From a virus (lineage: Duplodnaviria; Caudoviricetes): a stretch of DNA of 64,000 nucleotides. The stretch's first letter is position 1. Every line of letters starts with the position of its first letter. The notes beneath the pieces are model-generated. The model did no database searches, was not told the DNA's origin, and was given only the letters and a program-made list of their open reading frames with translations. The DNA lies in IMG/VR virus record IMGVR_UViG_3300024259_001623; one strand, written 5' to 3'. Below, piece by piece: positions 30,698 through 40,437 of this stretch. The translations under genes were made by a program, and so were the position numbers.

Positions 30698-31067
30698 ATA
30701 TATCTTATTTAATGAACCTACAAATATGCATGATTGCTTAGATAAATTCAATAATAATGTGTCAAGAATACTAGCAAGCGTACAAATTAATGAAGAAAAT
30801 GGAATATCTGAAGATATAACCTTCTATAGAAAAATTTTATCAGTTAATTATGTTTGGTATTTTTATGACAAAGCAGTTTTATATAATAAAAAATATGGAT
30901 CATGTTTTTTGCATGAAGATAAAGAAAGACAAAATGAAAGCATTAAAAACGCTAATGCAAGATTTATAAAAGATATACAAAAAATAAAAAAAGAAACTGG
31001 TCTTATTGTGGATGTTTATGACAAATTCGGCGATCATTGTTTATATTATAAAGAAGATAACGAATGA
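30684..31067 (+). CDS. Hypothetical protein
   Basis: ATG 30684 (MRSLK), in frame with the track ORF. Confidence 0.65.
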   Translation: MRSLKYILFNEPTNMHDCLDKFNNNVSRILASVQINEENGISEDITFYRKILSVNYVWYFYDKAVLYNKKYGSCFLHEDKERQNESIKNANARFIKDIQKIKKETGLIVDVYDKFGDHCLYYKEDNE

Positions 31068-31542
31068 AGTATATATATATATAATCTGCCCTGCCGAAAA
31101 AGAATTAACAACAAATGAACTTCAAAGAGTTCAAGATTATATAGGTGATGAAAAAGAGTTTATTAGTTCTGGCAATGATTTCGGTTCTGTGTTTTGTAAG
31201 ATCAATAATGATTTTCTTGCATATGATGAGATATGTGATCTTATGGTGGGGGCAGATGAAATACATGTATGGAAAAAAGAAAGTAATACAGTATTCTTCG
31301 AATTAGGAATATTGCAGATGTTAGTATACGCTGGTTTGATAAAAACCATCGTTGTAGCAAATAAAAATAAAAAAGTTAGTCCCAGGATGACAGACATAAT
31401 CAAAAATATTAAAAAAGATTATGACACCCCAGAAAACAAACATGATATAGATCCAAAGAAGGAAGAAAAATACGCTACAAATTCTTATAACAATAGTTAT
31501 TCATCTTCTGATGACGAAGATCCTTACGAAATACCCTTCTAA
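31064..31542 (+). pseudogene. Nucleoside 2-deoxyribosyltransferase-like gene put out of frame by a (TA)7 tract
   Basis: ATG 31064 overlaps the upstream stop (ATGA). (TA)7 at 31070-31083 gives an immediate TAA, whereas (TA)6 gives MKYIYIICPAE...ADEIHVW...FFELG. Confidence 0.5.
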
Positions 31543-31543
31543 G

Positions 31544-34500
31544 CTATTCGCCACTACTAGAAGAACTAGAAGAACTAGAAGAACTGCTGGACGATCCATA
31601 TCTTGCATAATTATGTTCATATGCACCCATATCAATAGCAGAACCTTGCATTCTATCTACGCCTGCTATATCTCTACTGATATCTTCTCCATATAAGTAA
31701 TAATACAAGTCAATAAAAGTTTGTAAATAATCATTATCACCCGTATCAATACCTGGGCTTATTTGTGATTCATAAGATAAGCGGAAATCATCACTATCTT
31801 GATCGATAAACAATGGATCATCAGCAGAACAATCAACACCTTTACCAGTAGCGGCTTGGAATCCAGCAAGATCGGTCCAGGCTCCCAAGTCCCATTTTAT
31901 ACGCTCTGGCCTATCACTTTGATATGTGATATTATTTTGCATATCTGAAGCCAGGGCTGTATTAGCTCCTTCAATTATTATATGAGGACCATCTGGTTGA
32001 GTTATTTCACTAATAATATTATTTACCATATGAGCATATTGATTTTCTACTGCGATTGTTATACCCCCATCACAATTATGAATAGTATTATTAATAATAT
32101 ATCTATGCAGCCCGCCAGGTAAATTGATTCCAGAAGAAGACCATATGTTCAACGGATCATAAACATCATATGAATCATGAATATCATATATCAAATTACC
32201 TATATAATATGATTCTGTCCCGAATCCTCCGCTACCCCCACCTACTCTGATCCCTACTTCTGCGTCGAATATCTCATTGTATAAGAACCACATACGTTCT
32301 GGAGAATATTGCATACCAGTAGCAGAACCAGTAGCTCCAGCCTCAACATCATGAAAACCATACATAATATTTTCAGTAAATATAACATCGACAGCCTGTT
32401 TAGACCATAATCCGGCTTGGTGATTGTTATGAGATATATTTCTACCGACGAAAATATGGTGACAAGTAGCTTGCGCTGCTGTTCCCGCATTAATCTGCAA
32501 ACCATCACCGCTATTATGATACATTTCATTATCAACAAGAGTCAAATAACTAACTCTAGCCCCAGTAGCAATGCCATGTGCATCATCATCAAATTCTGGC
32601 TTATCCCAATCTCCATTATCGTGTATAATATTATTATATGCAACGCCATTTGTATTATATGTATCAGTAACCCAGCTTAAAAAGCCTGTACCTCCGCCGG
32701 TAAGGTTGCCGCTTACATCGCAATGACGGAACACACCATGATCTACTGGAGATAAAATAAAGATACCGCCCCTGAAACCACCGGATAGATCTCCATCTTG
32801 GTCCCTGAAATCAATATTTTCTACAATAAAATAAGCACCTTTGAATTGGAATGCGACAGTTAATTCTGCCGGAACCGCTTTACTTCCGCCTCTAATAAAA
32901 ACAGGATTCTCAAAAGTCCCAGTAAACGTTCTTACAAGAGATAGATGAAAATGATATACTCCTTTTATTTCTAATACAGATCCTTCCCCAGGATCCCCAA
33001 AAGGTATAGTCAATCTAGGAACAGATGGAGTTCCATAATCATTACCTGAATCAGTAGCACTAGGGTGATCAGGCTCAATATAATGAGTATAAGGTCCATT
33101 TGGTCCTATTTTATAAACTTCTGGTCCCGAACCATAGTCATATGTATAAGAAGGATCAGCATACATTAAATGACTCTCTTCTATACCAAAAGTAGGAGTC
33201 GGAACGCCTAAAGGAGCTACCCATGTTCCTATCTGTTCTATCATTACATCATCACCAGAAAAATCATCACCATATAAACGAACTGTCAACGTTCTGCCTC
33301 TTATTAATACTGGTTCTCCAATATTTTCCCAATTTATTCCAGTATCTTCAAAATCATTAGGATCTTGAGTCCTATCGATAATAGTAGTAGATAAGGTTCT
33401 TGTTATATCATCATTCATTTCATTATTCAGTGAATATACTGCATCCGTTGCATTACCAGGTGCAGAAGTCCAAGTAGCTGATACTTGATACATATAACCA
33501 GGATCTAAATCAGTAAATTGTCCTAAGAATAAATTAGTCGAACTACTAGAACTACTCACCGATGGGCTACTTGTTGAACTACTAGAAGAAGAACTATACA
33601 GGCTAGAGCTACTTGAACTGCTACTGCTGTATAAACTAGAACTACTAGAGCTAGAACTACTAGAGGAGCTAGAACTATACAAACTTGAACTACTAGATGA
33701 ACTACTAGATGAAGAGCTTGAACTATATAAGCTACTAGAACTAGAACTACTAGCTACAGGGGAGCTAGACGAACTGGATGAGCTACTAGATGAACTAGAA
33801 CTAGATGAACTGCTGTATCTGCTACTAGATGAACTAGAATCTCCAACTTCTATAAACTCATTAATACCAACATCATATCTATCTCCAGGAATAGCTCCGG
33901 CGATATCAAAATCTATATTATAATTGTCATTATTCTCAGAGAAGGGATCTTCAAGATCAGAATTAGTCTTGAGATAATAATTTTCGCTACCTAGATTTAT
34001 AGACACAAATTGGTTAGAAGCAGCTTTATTTTGCAAATTATTAGTAAAAATAGAAGCTGAAGTGTCATCAGATATATTATAATCACCTACTGTGTTAGGA
34101 TGAAAACCTTCATCTCCGTCAGCGCTGCAACCGCCAGAATAGCAATTATAACAATACATAGATCCAGCAGTAGTCCCGAAGAATGAATATGCGTCATCGG
34201 CTCCAGATGCGTCTAGATTATGAACAGTACAGTTATAACATTCCATACTGGCACTGGTATTGGCCTTAAATCCAACAGTATCTCCGAAACCAGTAGGAAC
34301 ATAAAGATCATATACTAAACAATTTTTAAATATAGTGTTTCCGGTTCCATCATGGTAAAATCCATATGCATTACTAGATCCTGTATAATTATATATAATT
34401 ATTTGTTGTATTAAAACATCAGAAGCATTGATTATTTCCACTCCGTAAGCATTTATTAAAGAACCAGAAATTCTAGTTATTCCAATTGAGCCAGTGCTAG

Positions 34501-36457
34501 TTCCATTATCATGTCCTCCAAGACGCATATAATCATCTATGATTCTAACTGCATAATATCCTGTTCCAGATTCTGATATTCTAGCTCCTGTCAAGTCAGT
34601 GTGATCAAATTCATTACCAGCTTCTGCTCTTAACCATAAGAATTTTTCATCAGTAGTTGTAAAACCATCAATATAAACTGTTTCATCATGAATTTCATCT
34701 AAAACTAATTCTCCAACCTGTGCTATTGATAAAACAGCAGATTGATCAGCAATCCAACCTTGTATGGATGTGTAATCTCCATTTCCGTCAGTTCTGATTT
34801 TGCTTACATTGGTTGGTAACGTGCCAGGCGAACTTGATGAACTACTGCTAGAACTGCTAGAACTACTAGAACTACTGCTAAATTTGCTAGAGGAGCTACT
34901 ACTAGATTGATTATTAGATGAACTAGAGCTAGAAGAACTAGAACTACTAGATGAGCTTTCTGAGCTACTAGAGCTTTCTGAGCTAGACGAACTAGAACTA
35001 CTAGATGAGCTTTCTGAGCTACTAGAGCTTCCAGAACTACTAGAGCTTCCAGAACTAGATGAGCTTGGGGAACTGCTGCTAGAACTGCTAGATGAGCTTT
35101 CAGAACTAGATGAGCTTTCAGAACTAGATGAGCTTTCAGAACTAGATGAGCTTTCAGAACTAGATGAGCTTTCAGAACTAGATGAGCTAGACGAACTGCT
35201 AGACGAGCTACTAGAGCCGCTAGATGAACTTGAACTGAGAGAACTACTCGATGAACTAGAACTAGACGAACTAGAACTTACTGAACTGGATGAGCTTGGA
35301 GAGCTACTAGATGAACTACTAGAGCTACTCGAACTACTGCTATATAGGCTACTAGAACTGGAGCTAGAGCGATCACCAGCAGAACTACTAGATGAAGGAC
35401 TAGACGAACTAGAGCTAGATGAACTAGATGAACTTCCAGAACTGGAACTGCTTGGAGAACTGGAACTGCTAGATGAACTAGAACTAGATGAACTACTAGA
35501 GCCGCTAGATGAACTTGAACTGCTTATAGAGCTTGAACTACTAGATGAGCTAGACGAGCTTTCAGAACTAGAGCTACTCCATGAACTTGATGAACTAAGA
35601 CTGCTAGAGCTGCTAGAACTGCTAGATGAGCTGCTTGAACTTTCCGAGCTTGAAGAGCTTGGGCTGCTTGAGCTACTTATGGAACTCGATGAGCTTGTAG
35701 AACTCTCTGAACTACTTGACTCGCTAGAAGAGCTAACAGCGGGAGAACTAGAACTGCTGCTAGACTCGCTGCTACTGCTTGATGAACTATAATTTAGTAA
35801 ACTACTACTGCTCGATGAGCTATATGCTGGTTGACTATACGAGAATGGGAAGATATCATCAAACCATGCTGTGTAGAAATACATTGATGAATATTCATCA
35901 ATATTGTCTATAACTAAATTATCAATATTATTTATTTTTGATAAAGTAAGCTCAAAATTATTATAGACTAAAGCTGCATAATTTTTATCAGTAACTCTAA
36001 AAATAAATTTCCAAGAAGCATCCTTAACAACGTTATCTCCGACAGTAGTTTTATCATATCCTAATAAATTTATAGCATTTACAAAAGTAGGATATCCTGC
36101 CAATATGCTATAAATGTCTAATCCTTGACCTTCAAACTCTGATGCATCTTCTGAATAACCGTCATTGGTACTATATTGAACTGAATACGCAAGAGATTTA
36201 TTCCCAACTATCATTTGAGATAAAAACGAAAACTCAAAATAGTCACTGAGAGTTTTATCCAAGAATATTACATCATCATTTATTTCAAGTCTTAAATTCC
36301 TGGGAGAAACGGTTTTAGAGACTGATTTAGTTGGGTAGTAACGAGTATTGAGCATTCGCACTCTAACTTTATTGGTTATAAACTTGTTGAGTACGATGCT
36401 ACTCTTTATCTCTGTACCTTCTCTATCTATGATTAAATTAGGATTATATATATCCAC
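31544..36457 (-). CDS. 1637-aa multidomain poly-Ser protein with two beta-helix domains and a Golvesin/Xly-CBD-like module
   Basis: GTG start; Ser tracts at 34829-35821, 33539-33838 and 31553-31594; YQVSATWTSAPGNATDAVY module; beta-helix repeats and a terminal IDMGAYE. Confidence 0.85.
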   Translation of the reverse strand: MDIYNPNLIIDREGTEIKSSIVLNKFITNKVRVRMLNTRYYPTKSVSKTVSPRNLRLEINDDVIFLDKTLSDYFEFSFLSQMIVGNKSLAYSVQYSTNDGYSEDASEFEGQGLDIYSILAGYPTFVNAINLLGYDKTTVGDNVVKDASWKFIFRVTDKNYAALVYNNFELTLSKINNIDNLVIDNIDEYSSMYFYTAWFDDIFPFSYSQPAYSSSSSSSLLNYSSSSSSSESSSSSSSPAVSSSSESSSSESSTSSSSSISSSSSPSSSSSESSSSSSSSSSSSSSLSSSSSWSSSSSESSSSSSSSSSSISSSSSSSGSSSSSSSSSSSSSSSPSSSSSGSSSSSSSSSSSSPSSSSSAGDRSSSSSSSLYSSSSSSSSSSSSSSPSSSSSVSSSSSSSSSSSSSLSSSSSSGSSSSSSSSSSSSSSESSSSSESSSSSESSSSSESSSSSESSSSSSSSSSPSSSSSGSSSSSGSSSSSESSSSSSSSSSSESSSSSESSSSSSSSSSSSSSNNQSSSSSSSKFSSSSSSSSSSSSSSSSSPGTLPTNVSKIRTDGNGDYTSIQGWIADQSAVLSIAQVGELVLDEIHDETVYIDGFTTTDEKFLWLRAEAGNEFDHTDLTGARISESGTGYYAVRIIDDYMRLGGHDNGTSTGSIGITRISGSLINAYGVEIINASDVLIQQIIIYNYTGSSNAYGFYHDGTGNTIFKNCLVYDLYVPTGFGDTVGFKANTSASMECYNCTVHNLDASGADDAYSFFGTTAGSMYCYNCYSGGCSADGDEGFHPNTVGDYNISDDTSASIFTNNLQNKAASNQFVSINLGSENYYLKTNSDLEDPFSENNDNYNIDFDIAGAIPGDRYDVGINEFIEVGDSSSSSSRYSSSSSSSSSSSSSSSSSSPVASSSSSSSLYSSSSSSSSSSSSSSLYSSSSSSSSSSSSSSLYSSSSSSSSSLYSSSSSSSTSSPSVSSSSSSTNLFLGQFTDLDPGYMYQVSATWTSAPGNATDAVYSLNNEMNDDITRTLSTTIIDRTQDPNDFEDTGINWENIGEPVLIRGRTLTVRLYGDDFSGDDVMIEQIGTWVAPLGVPTPTFGIEESHLMYADPSYTYDYGSGPEVYKIGPNGPYTHYIEPDHPSATDSGNDYGTPSVPRLTIPFGDPGEGSVLEIKGVYHFHLSLVRTFTGTFENPVFIRGGSKAVPAELTVAFQFKGAYFIVENIDFRDQDGDLSGGFRGGIFILSPVDHGVFRHCDVSGNLTGGGTGFLSWVTDTYNTNGVAYNNIIHDNGDWDKPEFDDDAHGIATGARVSYLTLVDNEMYHNSGDGLQINAGTAAQATCHHIFVGRNISHNNHQAGLWSKQAVDVIFTENIMYGFHDVEAGATGSATGMQYSPERMWFLYNEIFDAEVGIRVGGGSGGFGTESYYIGNLIYDIHDSYDVYDPLNIWSSSGINLPGGLHRYIINNTIHNCDGGITIAVENQYAHMVNNIISEITQPDGPHIIIEGANTALASDMQNNITYQSDRPERIKWDLGAWTDLAGFQAATGKGVDCSADDPLFIDQDSDDFRLSYESQISPGIDTGDNDYLQTFIDLYYYLYGEDISRDIAGVDRMQGSAIDMGAYEHNYARYGSSSSSSSSSSSSSSGE
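34829..35821 (-). repeat. Poly-Ser coding tract (~331 codons)
   Basis: Includes five perfect 18-nt units GATGAGCTTTCAGAACTA at 35091-35180 (SSSSES). Confidence 0.95.
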
Positions 36458-36541
36458 TGTAAAAACCTTATCTATTTTTATTAAAAATACAAGCTATTTG
36501 AGCTTTTTCCTCTTAATTATATTGTGTTTATAATAAAAGAT

Positions 36542-36757
36542 TTATAAAGCCCCACAAAAACTAAAAAATAGTTGGTTTTTGTTTTGTTTGCTGTCTTTTA
36601 AACAAAATTCTAATTGATCAGCAGTTTCCCTATAAAGGGCAATTAAGTCTTCTGGTGAGTCGCAAGTCCCGCTTACCAAATTACCTAAAGTGTTATGAAC
36701 GATAACTCGTCCTTTTTTGCTTGAAAGCAGCTTAGTTATATTTTCAGATTTTCCCAT
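36542..36757 (-). CDS. Hypothetical protein
   Basis: 71-aa ORF. Confidence 0.55.
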   Translation of the reverse strand: MGKSENITKLLSSKKGRVIVHNTLGNLVSGTCDSPEDLIALYRETADQLEFCLKDSKQNKNQLFFSFCGAL

Positions 36758-36767
36758 TATATATTCC

Positions 36768-37010
36768 TTATTTTAAAAATATTTCTAAATCAGAGTTTTT
36801 ATTTTCAACGCGATTTTTTAACATTTTAATCATAATTTCTTTAAAAGATATTGTTGTTTTTATTTTTATTTCTTGTGAACAATTATTATAGACGAGCCTC
36901 AATTCATAATCAAAAGAATCGTTTGTATCTGATATATCATGTACAAGGATACAATCTCCATTCTCAGATTGATAAACTTCTTCGTCAGATTTTATTCTCC
37001 ACCACTTCAT
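36768..37010 (-). CDS. Hypothetical protein
   Basis: 80-aa ORF. Confidence 0.6.
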   Translation of the reverse strand: MKWWRIKSDEEVYQSENGDCILVHDISDTNDSFDYELRLVYNNCSQEIKIKTTISFKEIMIKMLKNRVENKNSDLEIFLK

Positions 37011-37013
37011 TTT

Positions 37014-37547
37014 CTATTCCACTAAAATAACTAATGTATTATTCAAACCACACAAAATTTCATATAATTCTTCTAATTTAGACGTAGACATCAAAGACGC
37101 ACAATTGACTATAACATAATCAACATCTCTTATCCCCCTAATGTTATCCAAATTACCAGAACTAAAAGATAATATTCTCTGATTGTCTAAAGCTATTTGT
37201 TCTTTTGATCTAGATTCTGCATATCGAATCTTTTCTAAACTTTTTTCCATGTCTAATACGTTATTGAGTCTTCTCCTCATATTTCGCTTCATTTCTACTG
37301 TTTTTGCAATTATAGCAAATCTTTTATCCGGACTATTCTTAATTAATTTGTATATAGCATAGTCATGACCAGATTGTCTAGGACACCGTAACGCTATAGT
37401 ACAAAACTCTTTAAGCCAAGATTTTTTTGAGATTGAACTTCTAACATCGGTCGGGATTTTGTTTTGAGAATGATGAGCTATAACGATTAGATCTTTTAGG
37501 CAGTTGTACAGCATTTCTCCGGTATAAAGCATTTCTTCTGTTTCCAT
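37014..37547 (-). CDS. Hypothetical protein with a degenerate P-loop ATPase-like fold
   Basis: ALRCPRQSGH resembles the RQxGK Walker A of terminase-type ATPases but lacks the Lys; RGIRDVDYVIVN is Walker B-like. Confidence 0.45.
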   Translation of the reverse strand: METEEMLYTGEMLYNCLKDLIVIAHHSQNKIPTDVRSSISKKSWLKEFCTIALRCPRQSGHDYAIYKLIKNSPDKRFAIIAKTVEMKRNMRRRLNNVLDMEKSLEKIRYAESRSKEQIALDNQRILSFSSGNLDNIRGIRDVDYVIVNCASLMSTSKLEELYEILCGLNNTLVILVE

Positions 37548-37606
37548 AGGAACAACTCCTTTCCAGCTTGACAGGCTGATTTAATACATACTTTTATATC
37601 GGAAAA

Positions 37607-37963
37607 TTATAGACATGTTGAGAGATTGGCGACTAGCCCCAATAATTTATTATTGATATGATGGATATCACTTGCATCTAAAGAGTTAACAAAATTTATT
37701 GAATGTTGAATTATTTCTTTATCGCAGCCTGTGCTTTTGATATTGCCATCTCTTAATTTATATGTATACACTTTTAAAACATTTGCTAATGAATGCATTT
37801 GATTCATTACTTTTAATACTTTTGGATAATCATTATTTGTATTTGCATCACCATACGCATCTGTCAATTCCATAATCCGCTTGGCTGTTGATATTATCCA
37901 CTTTTCTGCTGAGGGGATATTAGCATCCTGTGCCGTTTTATACCATGATATTATTTTTCTCAA
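37607..37963 (-). CDS. Hypothetical protein with SWYKTAQ leader
   Basis: MRKIISWYKTAQ start. Confidence 0.7.
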   Translation of the reverse strand: MRKIISWYKTAQDANIPSAEKWIISTAKRIMELTDAYGDANTNNDYPKVLKVMNQMHSLANVLKVYTYKLRDGNIKSTGCDKEIIQHSINFVNSLDASDIHHINNKLLGLVANLSTCL

Positions 37964-38004
37964 ATTTATTTTTCCAATAGTGAGAATGCGTTATCTCTTT
38001 TTAT

Positions 38005-38349
38005 TTAATCGTTATATTCAAAAGTTTCGCCAGCACCAGCACGACCTAACAGGTCAACTAATTTCTCGGACAGGCCGGGATATTCCATGATCTCATTAGT
38101 TATATCTAGCCTAGCTCCATCAGAGGCTCTTAACCAAATTATATTATCTATCTCATAATTGGCAGTTTCAGTAGGATTCTCCCAAGTATCTTTGAAACCA
38201 GGATTGAAAGTTCCATTGACCTCTACTTCGATATAATCTTCATGAGTCATTTCTTCAAACATAAAATCATTAGCGTTGATGTTTAATGTCTCAGAAAAAG
38301 TTTGACCATAAGATAATTTGCTAAAAGATGCAGTCTTTATTTTTTTCAT
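38005..38349 (-). CDS. Acidic hypothetical protein
   Basis: MKKIKTAS start (leader-like KxA). Confidence 0.7.
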   Translation of the reverse strand: MKKIKTASFSKLSYGQTFSETLNINANDFMFEEMTHEDYIEVEVNGTFNPGFKDTWENPTETANYEIDNIIWLRASDGARLDITNEIMEYPGLSEKLVDLLGRAGAGETFEYND

Positions 38350-38361
38350 TACAAGCTCCTA

Positions 38362-38982
38362 TTAATTTCTTATATATAAGTAAACCGCATCATGTATTCC
38401 ATCCCATTTAGGTATATCAATACGTTCTACTTGCGACCATTCATTCTCAAGAGTGCAATGAAGGTCGTCATCTCCAGTGCATCCCCACCCTCCTTCTCCA
38501 ACATAAACTAGCTTATTTCCTTTAAAATTCTTTATAGCTTCATTCGCCATTGAATCAGCATATGGAGGCCAAACTGTCATCAAAACTCCATAACCACCAT
38601 ATTTCTCTAAAGCTTTTAAAGCATCTAAACTCTCTACATGAGTAAAAGACTTAGAAGAAGGATTAAATTTTTCTCCATAATAATCTGAATGTGCATCAGT
38701 AGCGGCAATATCTGCTCCTTCATCCTGTAGCAACTTGGCCCATAAACCATAACCAGCACCAATCTCTAATATTTTTTCGCCGGCAATAAAATCATTTATT
38801 TTTGATATGGCTTCTCTATTGGGAACAGACCAACCATAATCTTTTATATATTTATCTCTTCTATACCAATCCATCAAAGATTTATGCTTTTTATCTTGTA
38901 ATTCGTCAAGATAACCTTCACCGCCAGGCCCATAATGCTCCAAATCCTCATATAGCCCCATTGATGTTTTGTACCAATTCAT
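38362..38982 (-). CDS. Class I SAM-dependent methyltransferase with MNWYK leader
   Basis: WSVPN...ILEIGAGYGLWAKLL...ATD...WPPY...YVGEG..GCTG. Confidence 0.8.
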   Translation of the reverse strand: MNWYKTSMGLYEDLEHYGPGGEGYLDELQDKKHKSLMDWYRRDKYIKDYGWSVPNREAISKINDFIAGEKILEIGAGYGLWAKLLQDEGADIAATDAHSDYYGEKFNPSSKSFTHVESLDALKALEKYGGYGVLMTVWPPYADSMANEAIKNFKGNKLVYVGEGGWGCTGDDDLHCTLENEWSQVERIDIPKWDGIHDAVYLYIRN

Positions 38983-39356
38983 TAATTATACTCAAATATT
39001 CTAGGATTTCCAAATGCCCTATCTAACTCTTTTATAACCCTCTTTTTAGCAAAATCCATTCTGCTGATCGGGCCATCATAAACTATCGCAGGAAAATATA
39101 CCACACTGGCTGTATGCCTTTTAGCTTCATATCTGCCTCTAGCAAACATTTCATTCTTGTCTGGCCATAAGTCCAAATGAGTCAAAGTTTTACCTTCTTC
39201 ATTATATAAGTCTTTTATATCTAAACTAAAATCTTTATACATAACCCATATCTTATCGCCAGGAGCATCCTTATGTCCTACACTTAAATAGAAAGGATTC
39301 TCATATCTAGAATCATCAACAGGCAGGGCTATTTTTATTTGTTTATACCAGTTCAT
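38982..39356 (-). CDS. MNWYK-leader paralog family protein
   Basis: MNWYKQIKIALP...YLSVGH...W...H...ARGRY...FGNPRI. Confidence 0.85.
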   Translation of the reverse strand: MNWYKQIKIALPVDDSRYENPFYLSVGHKDAPGDKIWVMYKDFSLDIKDLYNEEGKTLTHLDLWPDKNEMFARGRYEAKRHTASVVYFPAIVYDGPISRMDFAKKRVIKELDRAFGNPRIFEYN

Positions 39357-39739
39357 TATCTATACTCAATTATTGTAGGATTATTAAATTGTTTATCCAA
39401 AACAGATATAATTTTTTCTCTCATTTTTTCTCTTCTAGGAGGAAATCGAACCATACTATATTTTTGTTCATAAACTAAACTTATTCTATGATTAAAATCT
39501 TCATATCTTCCTCTCGCTAACATATCAGACCGATCTGGCCATAAATCTTCATGAGTGAGTACAATACCATCTTCATTATATAAATCATAAACATCTAGAT
39601 AATAATCACTAAATAATGCCCATATCTGGTCCAAAGGTTTGTCCTGATGTCCTACACTTAAATACGAAGGGCGACGATGACCTCGTTCGTATCTTGTATC
39701 GACAGGCAATGCTATTTTTATTTTTTTATACCAGTTCAT
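39356..39739 (-). CDS. MNWYK-leader paralog family protein
   Basis: MNWYKKIKIALP...YLSVGH...LARGRY...FNNPTI; closest to its neighbour 38982..39356. Confidence 0.85.
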   Translation of the reverse strand: MNWYKKIKIALPVDTRYERGHRRPSYLSVGHQDKPLDQIWALFSDYYLDVYDLYNEDGIVLTHEDLWPDRSDMLARGRYEDFNHRISLVYEQKYSMVRFPPRREKMREKIISVLDKQFNNPTIIEYR

Positions 39740-40437
39740 TCTGCTTCCCTCAAATATCTAGCAGGAATGTCATTATAAAATATTACTGTACCATGACTTA
39801 ATCCATCCGAACTGTCCACTTCATAATAAAAATCCTCTAAACCAATCTTATGAGCTAATGTCTCTATCAATTCGGCCTCTTCTAAAGGCCCTTCTTTGCC
39901 CACAGTTGGCATGTAACCATCTCTTTTCATCTGTCCGACGTTAATCTCAATCACCTTATCATAATGGTTCCTGGGGGTTCCTGGGTCATCAGAAGTAAAC
40001 ACAGCAGACCCAGTTCCTCTGTTAGAAATCCCTCTAGTCTCATCTCTAGATTCAAGACCATTTCTTATTATATCATCAAACCTCTCTTCGCCAGTTCCAT
40101 GATATAACATAAATCCATCAGAAACGTCATCCCAAAATTCTTTATTAAAATCTCTTTCGTCTACATAACGATAAGCATTTCCGCTGTTCGCTATATTCTG
40201 GATCCAGTCTACAGGCTCTTGAACTTCATAATATCCACCTAATTCAATTATCACATGAGTACCATTAATAATGGCAGATATTATTCTATCACCATCGAAA
40301 TCAATGATCTCGAAGTCTTTAGTTAATCTCTGTATAAGATTTATAACTTCTTCATCGCTATTACTATCTTCAATATAAGATTCGTAATCTGCGATTAAGT
40401 CTGCTTGCTCAATTTGTGCTTGCTTATACCAGTTCAT
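39736..40437 (-). CDS. ADP-ribosyltransferase-fold (Tpt1/PARP-like HxT) protein with MNWYK leader
   Basis: MLYHGT...IIRNGLES...SAVFTSDD...VIEIN...IPARYL. Confidence 0.6.
   Translation of the reverse strand: MNWYKQAQIEQADLIADYESYIEDSNSDEEVINLIQRLTKDFEIIDFDGDRIISAIINGTHVIIELGGYYEVQEPVDWIQNIANSGNAYRYVDERDFNKEFWDDVSDGFMLYHGTGEERFDDIIRNGLESRDETRGISNRGTGSAVFTSDDPGTPRNHYDKVIEINVGQMKRDGYMPTVGKEGPLEEAELIETLAHKIGLEDFYYEVDSSDGLSHGTVIFYNDIPARYLREAE

Noticed and set aside
23144-35821. CRISPR array in the repetitive tracts
   Set aside because: The repeats are contiguous, in-frame Ser-coding units without unique spacers, and no cas genes are present.
37014-37547. Terminase large subunit
   Set aside because: The protein is only 177 aa, the Walker A Lys is replaced by His, and there is no nuclease domain.
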